A stretch of 64,000 nucleotides of DNA from Spirochaetia bacterium (GTDB lineage: Bacteria > Spirochaetota > Spirochaetia > CADAEX01). Under the pieces are notes generated by a model. It worked only from the letters and a program-made list of their open reading frames with translations. It was not told the origin of the DNA and did not search any database. The stretch lies in the NCBI GenBank assembly GCA_963662795.1, contig OY759746.1, positions 3,264,001 to 3,328,000 of the forward strand. The letters are read 5' to 3'. Each line of letters begins with the position of its first letter. The first letter of the stretch is position 1. Positions 29,944 through 39,241 of this stretch are shown here, piece after piece. The position numbers and the translations under genes were made by a program.

Positions 29944-31258
29944 CTACTCTCCATTTATTTACAATTGACATGACCTTTTCCATTCCGCTGTTCATGTCCA
30001 GTTTTTCATAATTTTTTCTTTCAATAAGGTCTTTCACAGTAATTGTATTTGATTCTTTTTCTTCTGTTCCTATTATTATCCCGGCGGGAATGTTCTTTCT
30101 TTCAGCGAATGCAAACTGTCTGTTAAGCTTTTTGCTCTCGGGATATACTTCACATGATATACCGTGTTTCCGCGTTTCTTCAGCTGTTTTATGAAGCAGG
30201 CCCAGAAGATCATCATCCATGTTGAAAACAATGCATTCGCATTGTGCCTCGGCCCTGTTCCTGTTTTCCGCTTCGTCAAGGGCTGCAAGCAGCCTGTCTA
30301 CACCGATTGAAGCGCCGACTCCCGGGAGTTCCTCTTTTGTATAAAGGGACGCCAGATTGTTGTATCTTCCCCCTGAGCAGACTGAGCCGATGCTTTCCTT
30401 TCCGTCTATAAATGTTTCAAAAACCAGCCCTGTGTAATAATCAAGTCCTCTGGTAATTGACGGGTCGAGTACGAAGTATTCTTCGCAGCTGTTTTCCTTA
30501 AGCGCGCTGTATATCCGGCTTAGCCTTTCTGCTTCACTGCTCTCCCCGCCGCACAGCCTGATGAGTTTTTGCAGTGTCTTTTCAAAACCGGCCTCCATTT
30601 TTATGAAATCAAGAATCAATGCGCCGTTTGCCCCTGCTGTATCCACCAGTATTTCTTTTACGGCATCCTGGCCGATTTTGGCAAGTTTATCCACAGTTCT
30701 TAATATCTCAGCCGATTTATCCGGCATACCGTGTATCTCAAGAAAGCGGTTGAATATCCCGCGGCTTGAAAGGTGGATTTTGAAATTATTAATTCCCATA
30801 GTTTCAAATGATTTCTTCATCAAAAGAAGTATTTCAAGATCAGCGGAAGGGGAGTCTGAACCTACTATGTCAAAATCGCACTGGTAGAATTCCCTGTAGC
30901 GTCCCCTCTGCGTATTCTCGCCTCTCCATACCTTTGAAATGTGATACCGTTTAAAGGGAAAATACAGGTTGTTTTTATTTGCCGCAACAAACCTTGCAAA
31001 AGGGACTGTAAGGTCATAGCGCATTGCAACGCTTCTTCCCCCGTTATCGCTGAAACTGTAAACCTGCTTGTCCGTTTCCCCGCCGCCTTTTCCGAGAAGG
31101 ACTTCTGTATATTCAAGCACCGGCGTATCTATAGGTACAAATCCGAAAGAGGTAAAAGCCTTTTCAAGATCCGTAAACATTTTTTTCCGTTTTATTTCAG
31201 GTCCGGGGAGCGAATCCCTGAAACCTTTAAGTATTTTTGGTTCAATAATTTCCTGCAT
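29930..31258 (-). CDS. hisS: Histidine--tRNA ligase
   Basis: KGFRD, RYDLTVP, GRYREFYQCDFD, RGLDYYTG, GGRY. Confidence 0.97.
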   Translation of the reverse strand: MQEIIEPKILKGFRDSLPGPEIKRKKMFTDLEKAFTSFGFVPIDTPVLEYTEVLLGKGGGETDKQVYSFSDNGGRSVAMRYDLTVPFARFVAANKNNLYFPFKRYHISKVWRGENTQRGRYREFYQCDFDIVGSDSPSADLEILLLMKKSFETMGINNFKIHLSSRGIFNRFLEIHGMPDKSAEILRTVDKLAKIGQDAVKEILVDTAGANGALILDFIKMEAGFEKTLQKLIRLCGGESSEAERLSRIYSALKENSCEEYFVLDPSITRGLDYYTGLVFETFIDGKESIGSVCSGGRYNNLASLYTKEELPGVGASIGVDRLLAALDEAENRNRAEAQCECIVFNMDDDLLGLLHKTAEETRKHGISCEVYPESKKLNRQFAFAERKNIPAGIIIGTEEKESNTITVKDLIERKNYEKLDMNSGMEKVMSIVNKWRVDGST

Positions 31259-31513
31259 ACAGTATATCATCCCTTACAAGTACAATTTTTATCAAATCAT
31301 ACACTTTTTTTCTGTTTATGTCTGCAACAGACCCTGTTCAATGGCAGATAAGTCGGATATGAACATTAATTTCCTGTTAAACAATTTATAAATGAATATT
31401 CATAACACCCGGACTAAAAGTAATGTTTGCAAAAAATAAAAAAGGTGTATAATGTGAACAGAACTGCGGATTTGCAGGTATTATGAGATAACATTCAGGT
31501 TTGGTAGCATCAA

Positions 31514-32581
31514 TTGATTGTCAGATACGGTAAAAATCAGAAAGGCAAAACAGTAAAGTTAGCTGTAATTTATACAAAAGAAGAACATGGTGTCGGGAGA
31601 GAGAAATTTGATTTCGATGCTGTCAGCATATGCGAGAAATTAAGGTACGCAGGGTATAAATCCTATATAGTCGGAGGCGCAGTTAGAGATCTTCTGCTTA
31701 ACAACAGCCCGAAGGATTTTGATATAGTAACTGATGCTGTCCCATCAGCCATAAAGAAAATATTCAGGCGTTCAAGGATTATCGGGAAAAGATTCCGCCT
31801 GGTGCATGTTTATCAGGGTAAAAATATCTACGAAGTTGCCACGTTCAGGTCCGGCAGTTCAGAGAGCCACAACAACAGCTTTGGAACAATGGTTGAGGAT
31901 GTGTGGAGGCGGGATTTTACAATAAATTCCCTTTATTTCTGCCCTTTCGATGAACAGATTATTGATTTTACAGGCGGCTACAAAGACCTTGCAAAAAGAC
32001 TTGTAAAGCCTGTAATTCCTCTTAAGACTATTTTTCTTGAAGACCCGGTAAGAATTATTAGGGCTGTGAAATATTCTGTAATGATTGGCGGAGATTTGCC
32101 TTTTTTTCTGAAAATGAGGATAAAGAGACATGCCAAAGAGCTTCTTTTGTGCTCACCTTCAAGGATAACGGAAGAAGCGCTAAAGATAATGAAAACAGAA
32201 TATTCAGCTGATATTTTCAGAAGGCTGACTGCTCTCGGAATCCTTAAACTGGTCCTTCCCGGTGTCTATGAAATGCAGAAAAACAACAGTTTTTACAAAA
32301 GAATTGAAATATTTGATAACCTTAAAAAAGCGGGAAAAATATCTACGGAAAGTTTATCCGCAGTTCTTCAGCCGCTTATAGAAGATTTTATTATTGGAAT
32401 TCACAGTATTGAGACAGACCCGGTAACGACAATGAAGGAACTTGTGGATGATGTGAAGACTTTTCTCCGTCCGATAACGCCTCCAAACCGCGATATAGCA
32501 GATGCAGTCAAGATGATTGTCAGGCAGAACAGGATTAAGGTAAAACCGTCACTTCCGTATCATTTCAGGCCAAAGCACTGA
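31514..32581 (+). CDS. pcnB: Poly(A) polymerase I-like nucleotidyltransferase
   Basis: VGGAVRD, DFD, IIGKRFRLVHV signature, RRDFTIN, EDPVRIIRA; TTG start. Confidence 0.88.
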   Translation: MIVRYGKNQKGKTVKLAVIYTKEEHGVGREKFDFDAVSICEKLRYAGYKSYIVGGAVRDLLLNNSPKDFDIVTDAVPSAIKKIFRRSRIIGKRFRLVHVYQGKNIYEVATFRSGSSESHNNSFGTMVEDVWRRDFTINSLYFCPFDEQIIDFTGGYKDLAKRLVKPVIPLKTIFLEDPVRIIRAVKYSVMIGGDLPFFLKMRIKRHAKELLLCSPSRITEEALKIMKTEYSADIFRRLTALGILKLVLPGVYEMQKNNSFYKRIEIFDNLKKAGKISTESLSAVLQPLIEDFIIGIHSIETDPVTTMKELVDDVKTFLRPITPPNRDIADAVKMIVRQNRIKVKPSLPYHFRPKH

Positions 32582-32590
32582 GGAATATAT

Positions 32591-33060
32591 TTACCGTTCC
32601 AGTACTTCAAACTGACCCATCATCCCCATACCCGCATTTTCAATTGTCCATAATTCGATGCTGTTTTTCCCATCATGTGGGGATGATACCATAGTGTAGC
32701 GGCACTCTGGTTTACTACAAATACAGGTTTCCATATTTCCCCCGGTCTGATCACCTGATGCGGACCGCCGTCAAATTCGGCCGGGACATGAAGTCCATGC
32801 CAGTGAACAGTGCTGTCCTCTCAGAGTTTATTTTCAACGTTTATTTTAAAAAAATCGCCCTTTGATACCCGAATAGCCGGCCCCAGATAATCTCCGTTAA
32901 ATCCCATTGTCCTGCTTTTCCCAGTAGACAGGGAAAGCGTCCCTTTCTGCATTGCAAGGTACAATCCTGATTTTTCAATAAGGGGTGGAACCGGCAGTTC
33001 GCCGGAGTTGATAATTTCATCAGACCCGGAAGCGGCAGCAATATTAATAATCAAAAAAAT
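32591..33060 (-). pseudogene. Multicopper oxidase (CueO-like) remnant; start approximate
   Basis: LPVPPL...GFNGDYLGP...NKL*EDSTVHWHGLHVP...DGGPH...ATLWYHPH, then shifted ELWTIENAGMGMMGQFEVLER*. Confidence 0.88.
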
Positions 33061-33292
33061 ATGGTGATGTAATAGATTTTTATTATAAATAGTCCTTACC
33101 TTAATGTTGAAATATGAACTTCGGTTAATTCCAATATTTAACTTATATCCATAAATATAATACATTTATTATTCAAAGCGTTATTATGTGAAAAATGATT
33201 TCTCTTTCTGTCCGCAGTTGTATCAAGTGTCTTGAATTTATGAAATTACATAATCAGTATTGTTATTTTAAATAGATAAATATATTTAATTT

Positions 33293-33418
33293 ATGGCCAT
33301 GACTTCCTATGCCATGCCTGAGGACTTTGAAAATGCAGAAAAAACCTGGGGTTCCTGCAATATAACAAAACCGGGCACTATTAAAAAATGGAACACTATT
33401 TTTGGTTTTTTTAAATGA
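33293..33418 (+). pseudogene. Response-regulator receiver C-terminal fragment
   Basis: MAMTSYAMPEDFENAEK...ITKP resembles the beta4-alpha4-beta5 part of receiver domains. Confidence 0.55.
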
Positions 33419-33454
33419 CGGAGCAATTCCGGCCCCTTTAACATCCTGGCAAAG

Positions 33455-33847
33455 TCAATTTCTCCGGCTGTCCGCCATTTCTTTTGTTAATGTCCGCAGC
33501 ATTAATATATGAGTTGTAACACCGGATGCAATTAAAACCAGCATTATTCTTATCCACCAAATGCCTGTAAAAAAAACTGCTGAAGAGATTATCATCACCC
33601 ATAAAAATATAATTGAAATAATTTTAGATTTTACAGATACGGCCCTGTACTCCATATAGTTAAGTATATAACTTCCGAATATTTTATGACTGGTTATCCA
33701 TCTGTAAAGAGTTTTTGAACTTTTTAAAAAACATGCGGCTGACAGCAGAAAAAAAGGGGTAGTGGGAAGTATCGGCAGAAAAATCCCTGCAACTCCAAAT
33801 GACAGAGATGTAAAACCTGCTGCGGCGAATAAATATTTTTTAATCAT
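33455..33847 (-). CDS. YbaN/DUF454 membrane protein
   Basis: GIFLPILPTTPFFLLSAACF. Confidence 0.92.
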   Translation of the reverse strand: MIKKYLFAAAGFTSLSFGVAGIFLPILPTTPFFLLSAACFLKSSKTLYRWITSHKIFGSYILNYMEYRAVSVKSKIISIIFLWVMIISSAVFFTGIWWIRIMLVLIASGVTTHILMLRTLTKEMADSRRN

Positions 33848-33929
33848 ACCCCTCCGTCTAAACGGCCGGCTTACAGCTGAACAGGTACGGAAAGCCGGCT
33901 TTGATAATCTGTCCGAACAAAACCCTGTA

Positions 33930-35189
33930 TCATTTTAAACCGCTGATTACCTCAAGAAGCGGCCCGGTATGAACTTTAAATCTCTCAGGTGAATATTCTG
34001 CTGCCTTTTCAAGAAAAAAAGCGGCCTGTCCGGTATCACCTTTGGCGTAAAACGAAAGACCGGCTGCGTAGCTAAGGAGCGCGGCATCTCCTCCGGATGA
34101 AAGTGCCCTGGTGTAATACTCTATGGCCCCATCATAATTTCCCTGTGAGTGGCGGATAAGTCCTTTATAATAAAGGGAGAAATGGTCGGCCGGATATTCA
34201 TGAAGTAAAGCGGTGAAAATATTGTCTGCTTCAGTTAATACTCCCTCTTCATACAGTTTTTTCCCTTTCGCATAAATTTCTTCCAGTTTTTCCGATTCAC
34301 CGATAAATGCAAGCAGCCTTTCTGTAAAAAGTGGTATATCGAGCCACTTTGAAAAATAATCAGCAATAATTCTGCTGTTTCCGGCGCTGTCTGACCCGGG
34401 TTCGAGAAGAGGGAGACTGTCCCATAAAAGCCTGCTGTAGGAAGGGCCGTATTTCATGTCCATCATAAACTCTACAATAACCCAGGATTGAGGAATATAA
34501 ACCCCGATGTCCGCATCGATCTTTCCTGATAAAATTTCTTTTATCTGCTGAGCTGTTTTTTCTTTTCCCTGCTGTTTTATCAATTTACCGAGATGTGAAA
34601 AGATTAAAGCTTTTCCGGGGGCTGTATTTTTATAGAAATCAGGCGCAGATGATATTTTGAGTTCTTCCTCAAGATAGAGTGCAATTCCAGCTTCAAGCCA
34701 CTTTGGAGGAGAGGGGATGGAGCTTCTGAAAAACTGGTAAAAACAGTTAATCCGGAAATCCCTGCTGAAAACTGAATCTTCAATTGCCGCAATCTCAAGT
34801 CTACCTTCCCCCGGACTGCCGGTCTGTGCCGTTTTATTTAAAAACAGGGCAACAGGTTTTCCTTCAGGAAGTCCCCTTTCTTTCAGAAATGCATCCAAAC
34901 CTGTTTCAGAATCGAAAATAAAGATTCTCATTTTTTCATCGGAAGGATTCTTTCCGGGAAACCTTATGAAATTATTGTAGAAATTCATATTTTTATCGCA
35001 CCCTGTAAAAAAGGAGGCGGGCAATGGCGAATTTTCGGCTGTATGAAATATGTAATAACCGGTTTCAGTCTTTTTAAAGGAAGTATCATCAGGATTTCCG
35101 GGATAAACCGCGAATAGAGGGACAATGAAAAAAAGAACAGCCGCGGAAAGGGTGAGTTTTTTAAAATCAGTTTGATACAAAGTTTTCAA
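33930..35189 (-). CDS. Exported protein, peptidase-MA-like region plus C-terminal TPRs
   Basis: Signal peptide, PKWLEAGIALYLE, TPR-like YYKGLI..GNYDGAIEYYTRAL. Confidence 0.65.
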   Translation of the reverse strand: MKTLYQTDFKKLTLSAAVLFFIVPLFAVYPGNPDDTSFKKTETGYYIFHTAENSPLPASFFTGCDKNMNFYNNFIRFPGKNPSDEKMRIFIFDSETGLDAFLKERGLPEGKPVALFLNKTAQTGSPGEGRLEIAAIEDSVFSRDFRINCFYQFFRSSIPSPPKWLEAGIALYLEEELKISSAPDFYKNTAPGKALIFSHLGKLIKQQGKEKTAQQIKEILSGKIDADIGVYIPQSWVIVEFMMDMKYGPSYSRLLWDSLPLLEPGSDSAGNSRIIADYFSKWLDIPLFTERLLAFIGESEKLEEIYAKGKKLYEEGVLTEADNIFTALLHEYPADHFSLYYKGLIRHSQGNYDGAIEYYTRALSSGGDAALLSYAAGLSFYAKGDTGQAAFFLEKAAEYSPERFKVHTGPLLEVISGLK

Positions 35190-36033
35190 TTTTTATATTA
35201 ACCTCTTTAATGTGAATACCCGCATATTTTTCCAGACTGGATATAACATACTGCTGGAAATTATGCACCCTTCCTGACAACTGGGTCATATATGGAACCT
35301 GGATATATAATTTTATACTGTAGCTGTTTGTATCAGTTCTTACTTTTACCTTGTTAATCTTTATTGTCTGATCAAACTCGTCGGCACAGTGTATAATCAT
35401 CTGTGTAAGGGCAGTTTCGGAAATTGTAACAATCCCTTTCTGCTGGGAATAGTTAGGGGTAACAATTGTTTTCTCGAAAACCTTTGGAGCATTTCCGATT
35501 CCCAGAAATCTCTTTTTCATGAAAACTTTTACAGTATCATAAATAATATGGGAATAGTCTCTCTGTATAACCACGGAAGGAACCGGAATAATGTGCTTTC
35601 CTTCAATATTGCGTGAGTGTATTGCCTTGTTTATTTCATCCTGGGTCGCTATGTCCTCAATATGAATTATTTTTGAAACACGGGGAAGCCTGAGCCTCTT
35701 CGCAATCTTGAAAACCATTCTGTCGGATGTTCCGATTAAAAGGATTCTTTTGAATTTTGTTTTTCTGAGAGAATTGATAACTTCTTTTCTGTGGCTGATA
35801 TCATCAAAAAGAGCCGTTCTGATTGCTCCGAGAAATTCTTTTTCTTTTTTGGCTGATTTCCCTGCTATTACCCCGTTATCATGGATCAGTAAACCGTCAT
35901 CTACAATCAGCTGAATGCCGTATTTCTCTGCAATAAGTTTGGCCCTGAAACTTTTGCCTGTTCCGCTTTTACCGACAAGGGCAAAAACTTTTATTCCGCC
36001 AAGAAGCCATACAAGATAGTGGAAAAATTTCAT
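35167..36033 (-). CDS. P-loop protein with an Asp23/Gls24-like C-terminal domain
   Basis: GKSGTGKS, IVDDGLLI, GKHIIPVP; C-terminal ISETAL...VNIKI. Confidence 0.7.
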   Translation of the reverse strand: MKFFHYLVWLLGGIKVFALVGKSGTGKSFRAKLIAEKYGIQLIVDDGLLIHDNGVIAGKSAKKEKEFLGAIRTALFDDISHRKEVINSLRKTKFKRILLIGTSDRMVFKIAKRLRLPRVSKIIHIEDIATQDEINKAIHSRNIEGKHIIPVPSVVIQRDYSHIIYDTVKVFMKKRFLGIGNAPKVFEKTIVTPNYSQQKGIVTISETALTQMIIHCADEFDQTIKINKVKVRTDTNSYSIKLYIQVPYMTQLSGRVHNFQQYVISSLEKYAGIHIKEVNIKIENFVSN

Positions 36034-36071
36034 ATCATGAATATAGCACAGATATTTTTAAATTAAAACAA

Positions 36072-37109
36072 CTAGATTAACAGCGAAATATCATTGAATA
36101 GTTTCTCAATCTCATCCGGGCCAAAGATACCGGATATTTTTTTTACAGTGTCTTCGGGCAGTCCGGCTGTGAGAAGTGAAAAACCCGGATTTCTATCCTT
36201 ATCTGTAAGTTCGAGCTTAACTGACCAGCAGTGAAGAATATAGCTGCCTTTGTCTTTGCATGATGAACCATATTTTGTGTCAGAGCTTAATGGATGTCCG
36301 TGCATCGCACATTGCTTGCGTATCTGGTGATACCGGCCGGTTTCTATCTCTACAGCAGCCAGGGTCTGGTTTTTTGAATGGAGGAGGGGTGCCGCACGTG
36401 TAACAGCTTCGCGTCCACCCGATTCATGGGACCTGTTTACTGCAATTCCTTTATCAGTGTCATGAGCCAGGAAATCAGCCCATTCAACCGGGGTATCGAG
36501 ATATCCGTCAAGCAGTGCTATATATTTCTTTCGAATCTTTTTTTCCCGAAGCAGCCCTGTAATTATCCTGGCCCCTTCAATCGATTTTCCGAAAAGGATA
36601 AGGCCTGATGTGTTTTTATCAAGCCGGTGAAGGGGGGATGGGGAAAAAGAAAGCGATCTCCCTGTTATATCCTGATAACGTGCTTTTACAATTTCATCGA
36701 GAGACACTCCGTTTTCACCGGCTGCGCTTCTCTTTTTGTTTCTGCTTCCGGAATGTACCGCTATCCCTGCAGGTTTATTCAGGGCAAGAATCATGTCGTT
36801 TTCAAAAATTATCTCCAGGGGCTCATGATAGCTGTTTACGTCGGTACCTTCCTTGCCCTGTATTTTGATATTTTCAATATCCTTCTTCAGCGATTGCAGC
36901 AGAGAATTGTGAATTTCTATTGAATCGCCGCTTGAAATGTGCCTTGAGGCATCAGTTTTTTTTGAATTTATCCTGATTCTCCCTTTTCTGATTTCCCTGT
37001 AGATAATTCCAAGGGGAAGGGAGGGGAGTATTGTCCTTATTATCCTGTCAATTCTTTTATCCTGGTCATCCGGCCCTGCGCAGGCAATTTTTTTGAAACT
37101 GCTTTCCAT
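36072..37109 (-). CDS. RluA/RluC-family pseudouridine synthase
   Basis: S4-like N-terminus, NKPAG, HRLDKNTSG, TGRYHQIR. Confidence 0.93.
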   Translation of the reverse strand: MESSFKKIACAGPDDQDKRIDRIIRTILPSLPLGIIYREIRKGRIRINSKKTDASRHISSGDSIEIHNSLLQSLKKDIENIKIQGKEGTDVNSYHEPLEIIFENDMILALNKPAGIAVHSGSRNKKRSAAGENGVSLDEIVKARYQDITGRSLSFSPSPLHRLDKNTSGLILFGKSIEGARIITGLLREKKIRKKYIALLDGYLDTPVEWADFLAHDTDKGIAVNRSHESGGREAVTRAAPLLHSKNQTLAAVEIETGRYHQIRKQCAMHGHPLSSDTKYGSSCKDKGSYILHCWSVKLELTDKDRNPGFSLLTAGLPEDTVKKISGIFGPDEIEKLFNDISLLI

Positions 37110-37169
37110 AACCTATATCCAACCTCTGCTACTTGACAATTTATTGTTCTATCATAAGACTATTATCTT

Positions 37170-37649
37170 ATGCAGGAATACACTTATTCCAGTTTGAATA
37201 ATATTTTTAACAATCCGGTATTTCTCTCAGCTGTTTTCAGCTGGTTTATTACGCAGTTTATAAAAACACTTATAATAATGCTGAAACCGGTCCAGATGCC
37301 TCTTAGATATTATATCAGTATTCTGCTTTGGAGAACAGGCGGAATGCCTTCCAGCCATTCAGCAATGGTTTCAGCCCTTGCTACTGCCATAGGCTTCAAA
37401 GAAGGGTTCAATACATCTCTTTTTATTGCAGTATTCGGTTACGGCATGCTTGTGGTAAGGGACGCTGTCGGGGTCCGCCGTTCTGCAGGTATGCAGGCAC
37501 GGACTCTTAATAAAATGGGATTTGAGCTTCAGGAGAAATTAGGAATAAATTATAAACCTGTCAAGGAAATAAGCGGGCATTCCTTTTCCGAAGTACTTAT
37601 AGGTATAATAATCGGTTTTTTTATTGCTCTTGCGTTCAGCATACTTTAA
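37170..37649 (+). CDS. Divergent PAP2 family (DUF212) protein
   Basis: TGGMPSSHSA, DAVGVRR, GHSFSEV. Confidence 0.92.
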   Translation: MQEYTYSSLNNIFNNPVFLSAVFSWFITQFIKTLIIMLKPVQMPLRYYISILLWRTGGMPSSHSAMVSALATAIGFKEGFNTSLFIAVFGYGMLVVRDAVGVRRSAGMQARTLNKMGFELQEKLGINYKPVKEISGHSFSEVLIGIIIGFFIALAFSIL

Positions 37650-37654
37650 AAATT

Positions 37655-39241
37655 ATGAACAAAGTATTGAATTTTAACCAGCTGACACTTCAGAAAAAAC
37701 TTTTAGTGTTTTTTATCTCCGCTTTTTTACTGACCCTGTTTTTTTTCTGGACTGCAATTAATACTGTGGGAAGCCTTAATATTAAAAACTGGAAAGGATA
37801 CCATATTCTTGTTGTTGAAGAAAATGAAAATACACAGCATGTTCTTGACAGACTTGTGAAATCCGGATTCTTTGATGAGGTTGTTTCAAAATATAATACT
37901 TATGCCGAATACAGCGATTTTGATGAACTGCAGTTAATCAAAATTGACAGGATTGAAGAACGGTTTAACCATATCGACCCCAGGCTTGACACCTTTCTGA
38001 AGAAAGCCGGTAATTATTTCAGGGCTTTTAAGGGTGAAAATGAATATTCAGTTTTTTATCTGAAAAGCGATGCAGGATATCAGGCTGTAAAAAATGTTGT
38101 AAGTACTTTGCTTGGAACTGATCATTACTGGATAATGCCTGAAGGTGAAAATCCTCTTTTTAATCCCTCCGCAATGATATTATACGCAATAATCCTTTTT
38201 ATCTTTATCCATATGGACTCCAAAAACAGTTTTTTGTATCTCTTTAATGCAGTTCCGTGGTTTTTTGTGATTTTTATTAACGGCCGGGGCTATTTTTTCC
38301 CTTCTGTCATAATGCTTTTTCTGCTTAAGCATATTCTTTTTCTGAAAAATCAGATTATCTGGGAATATATAAATAACGGAAAGGTCGATCTGTCAGAATA
38401 TAACAGCATAAGGACAATATTGACTGCTGTTTTAATTTCCCTGTCTTTTATTATTTCCGCCGTACTGACAGGGGGAATGTGGATAGCTTTTTTTACAGTT
38501 ATTTTTCTCATTTTATTTGAATTATCCCTGATTGCATCTGTAATACTGTACAGTTTCATAAAAGCTGCAGGATATGTTCACAGGATATTCTGTAATGTTT
38601 CCATAATTAAGGAATCCATAAATAAAACCTTTTTCTCCATGAATAAATACTATCTGCTGGCAGTATATGTATTTTCTGCCGCGATAATTCCTTTATATTT
38701 CAGCGACAGCAGCATGGGAATGAGGTATCCTGTGCCAATTCATATTGAAAATTATCCGGAAAGCGGAGTAACCCTTGAATACATGAAAAAGATGGCTGAT
38801 AAAAAGAATTTTTCCGGAAACCTTCCTGATTATCCTGAATATATTCGTCATCTTGCCTATCAGATACGGCTTCCATATGCTGAAAAATATTCTGTTCCGG
38901 AGAATAACGAAAGTATCAGTATTTCCCATTATTACCCGGAAAGAGATACCTACAGGATGGAAAAAATCATTGTCAACCAGTTTACAGACAAGTGGTTAAT
39001 CGATAATATTACATACGGTAAGGGAAAAGGGCTTACCGGCCTGATGATCAGTGAAGAAGGCTTTATTCAGGCTGCGCCAGGAAGCACTGCTCCGGCTGCC
39101 CCGCTATTAATCCCGGCTATATTCAGTTTTTTATACCCTCTGACATTAATTATAGTGTCAGGATTAAGGAAAACACAAAAAACTGGAAGCCTGGAAAGCA
39201 TTAAACTCTTGATTAGAAGGAGAAAACAGCAAGCGGCATGA
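37655..39241 (+). CDS. Hypothetical multi-pass membrane protein
   Basis: 528-aa ORF with several TM segments; stop overlaps the rnfC start. Confidence 0.7.
   Translation: MNKVLNFNQLTLQKKLLVFFISAFLLTLFFFWTAINTVGSLNIKNWKGYHILVVEENENTQHVLDRLVKSGFFDEVVSKYNTYAEYSDFDELQLIKIDRIEERFNHIDPRLDTFLKKAGNYFRAFKGENEYSVFYLKSDAGYQAVKNVVSTLLGTDHYWIMPEGENPLFNPSAMILYAIILFIFIHMDSKNSFLYLFNAVPWFFVIFINGRGYFFPSVIMLFLLKHILFLKNQIIWEYINNGKVDLSEYNSIRTILTAVLISLSFIISAVLTGGMWIAFFTVIFLILFELSLIASVILYSFIKAAGYVHRIFCNVSIIKESINKTFFSMNKYYLLAVYVFSAAIIPLYFSDSSMGMRYPVPIHIENYPESGVTLEYMKKMADKKNFSGNLPDYPEYIRHLAYQIRLPYAEKYSVPENNESISISHYYPERDTYRMEKIIVNQFTDKWLIDNITYGKGKGLTGLMISEEGFIQAAPGSTAPAAPLLIPAIFSFLYPLTLIIVSGLRKTQKTGSLESIKLLIRRRKQQAA

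Noticed and set aside
32821-32823. In-frame TGA in the oxidase as selenocysteine or readthrough
   Set aside because: Not a Cys position, and the gene also has a frameshift and large deletions; TGA is a normal stop elsewhere in the window
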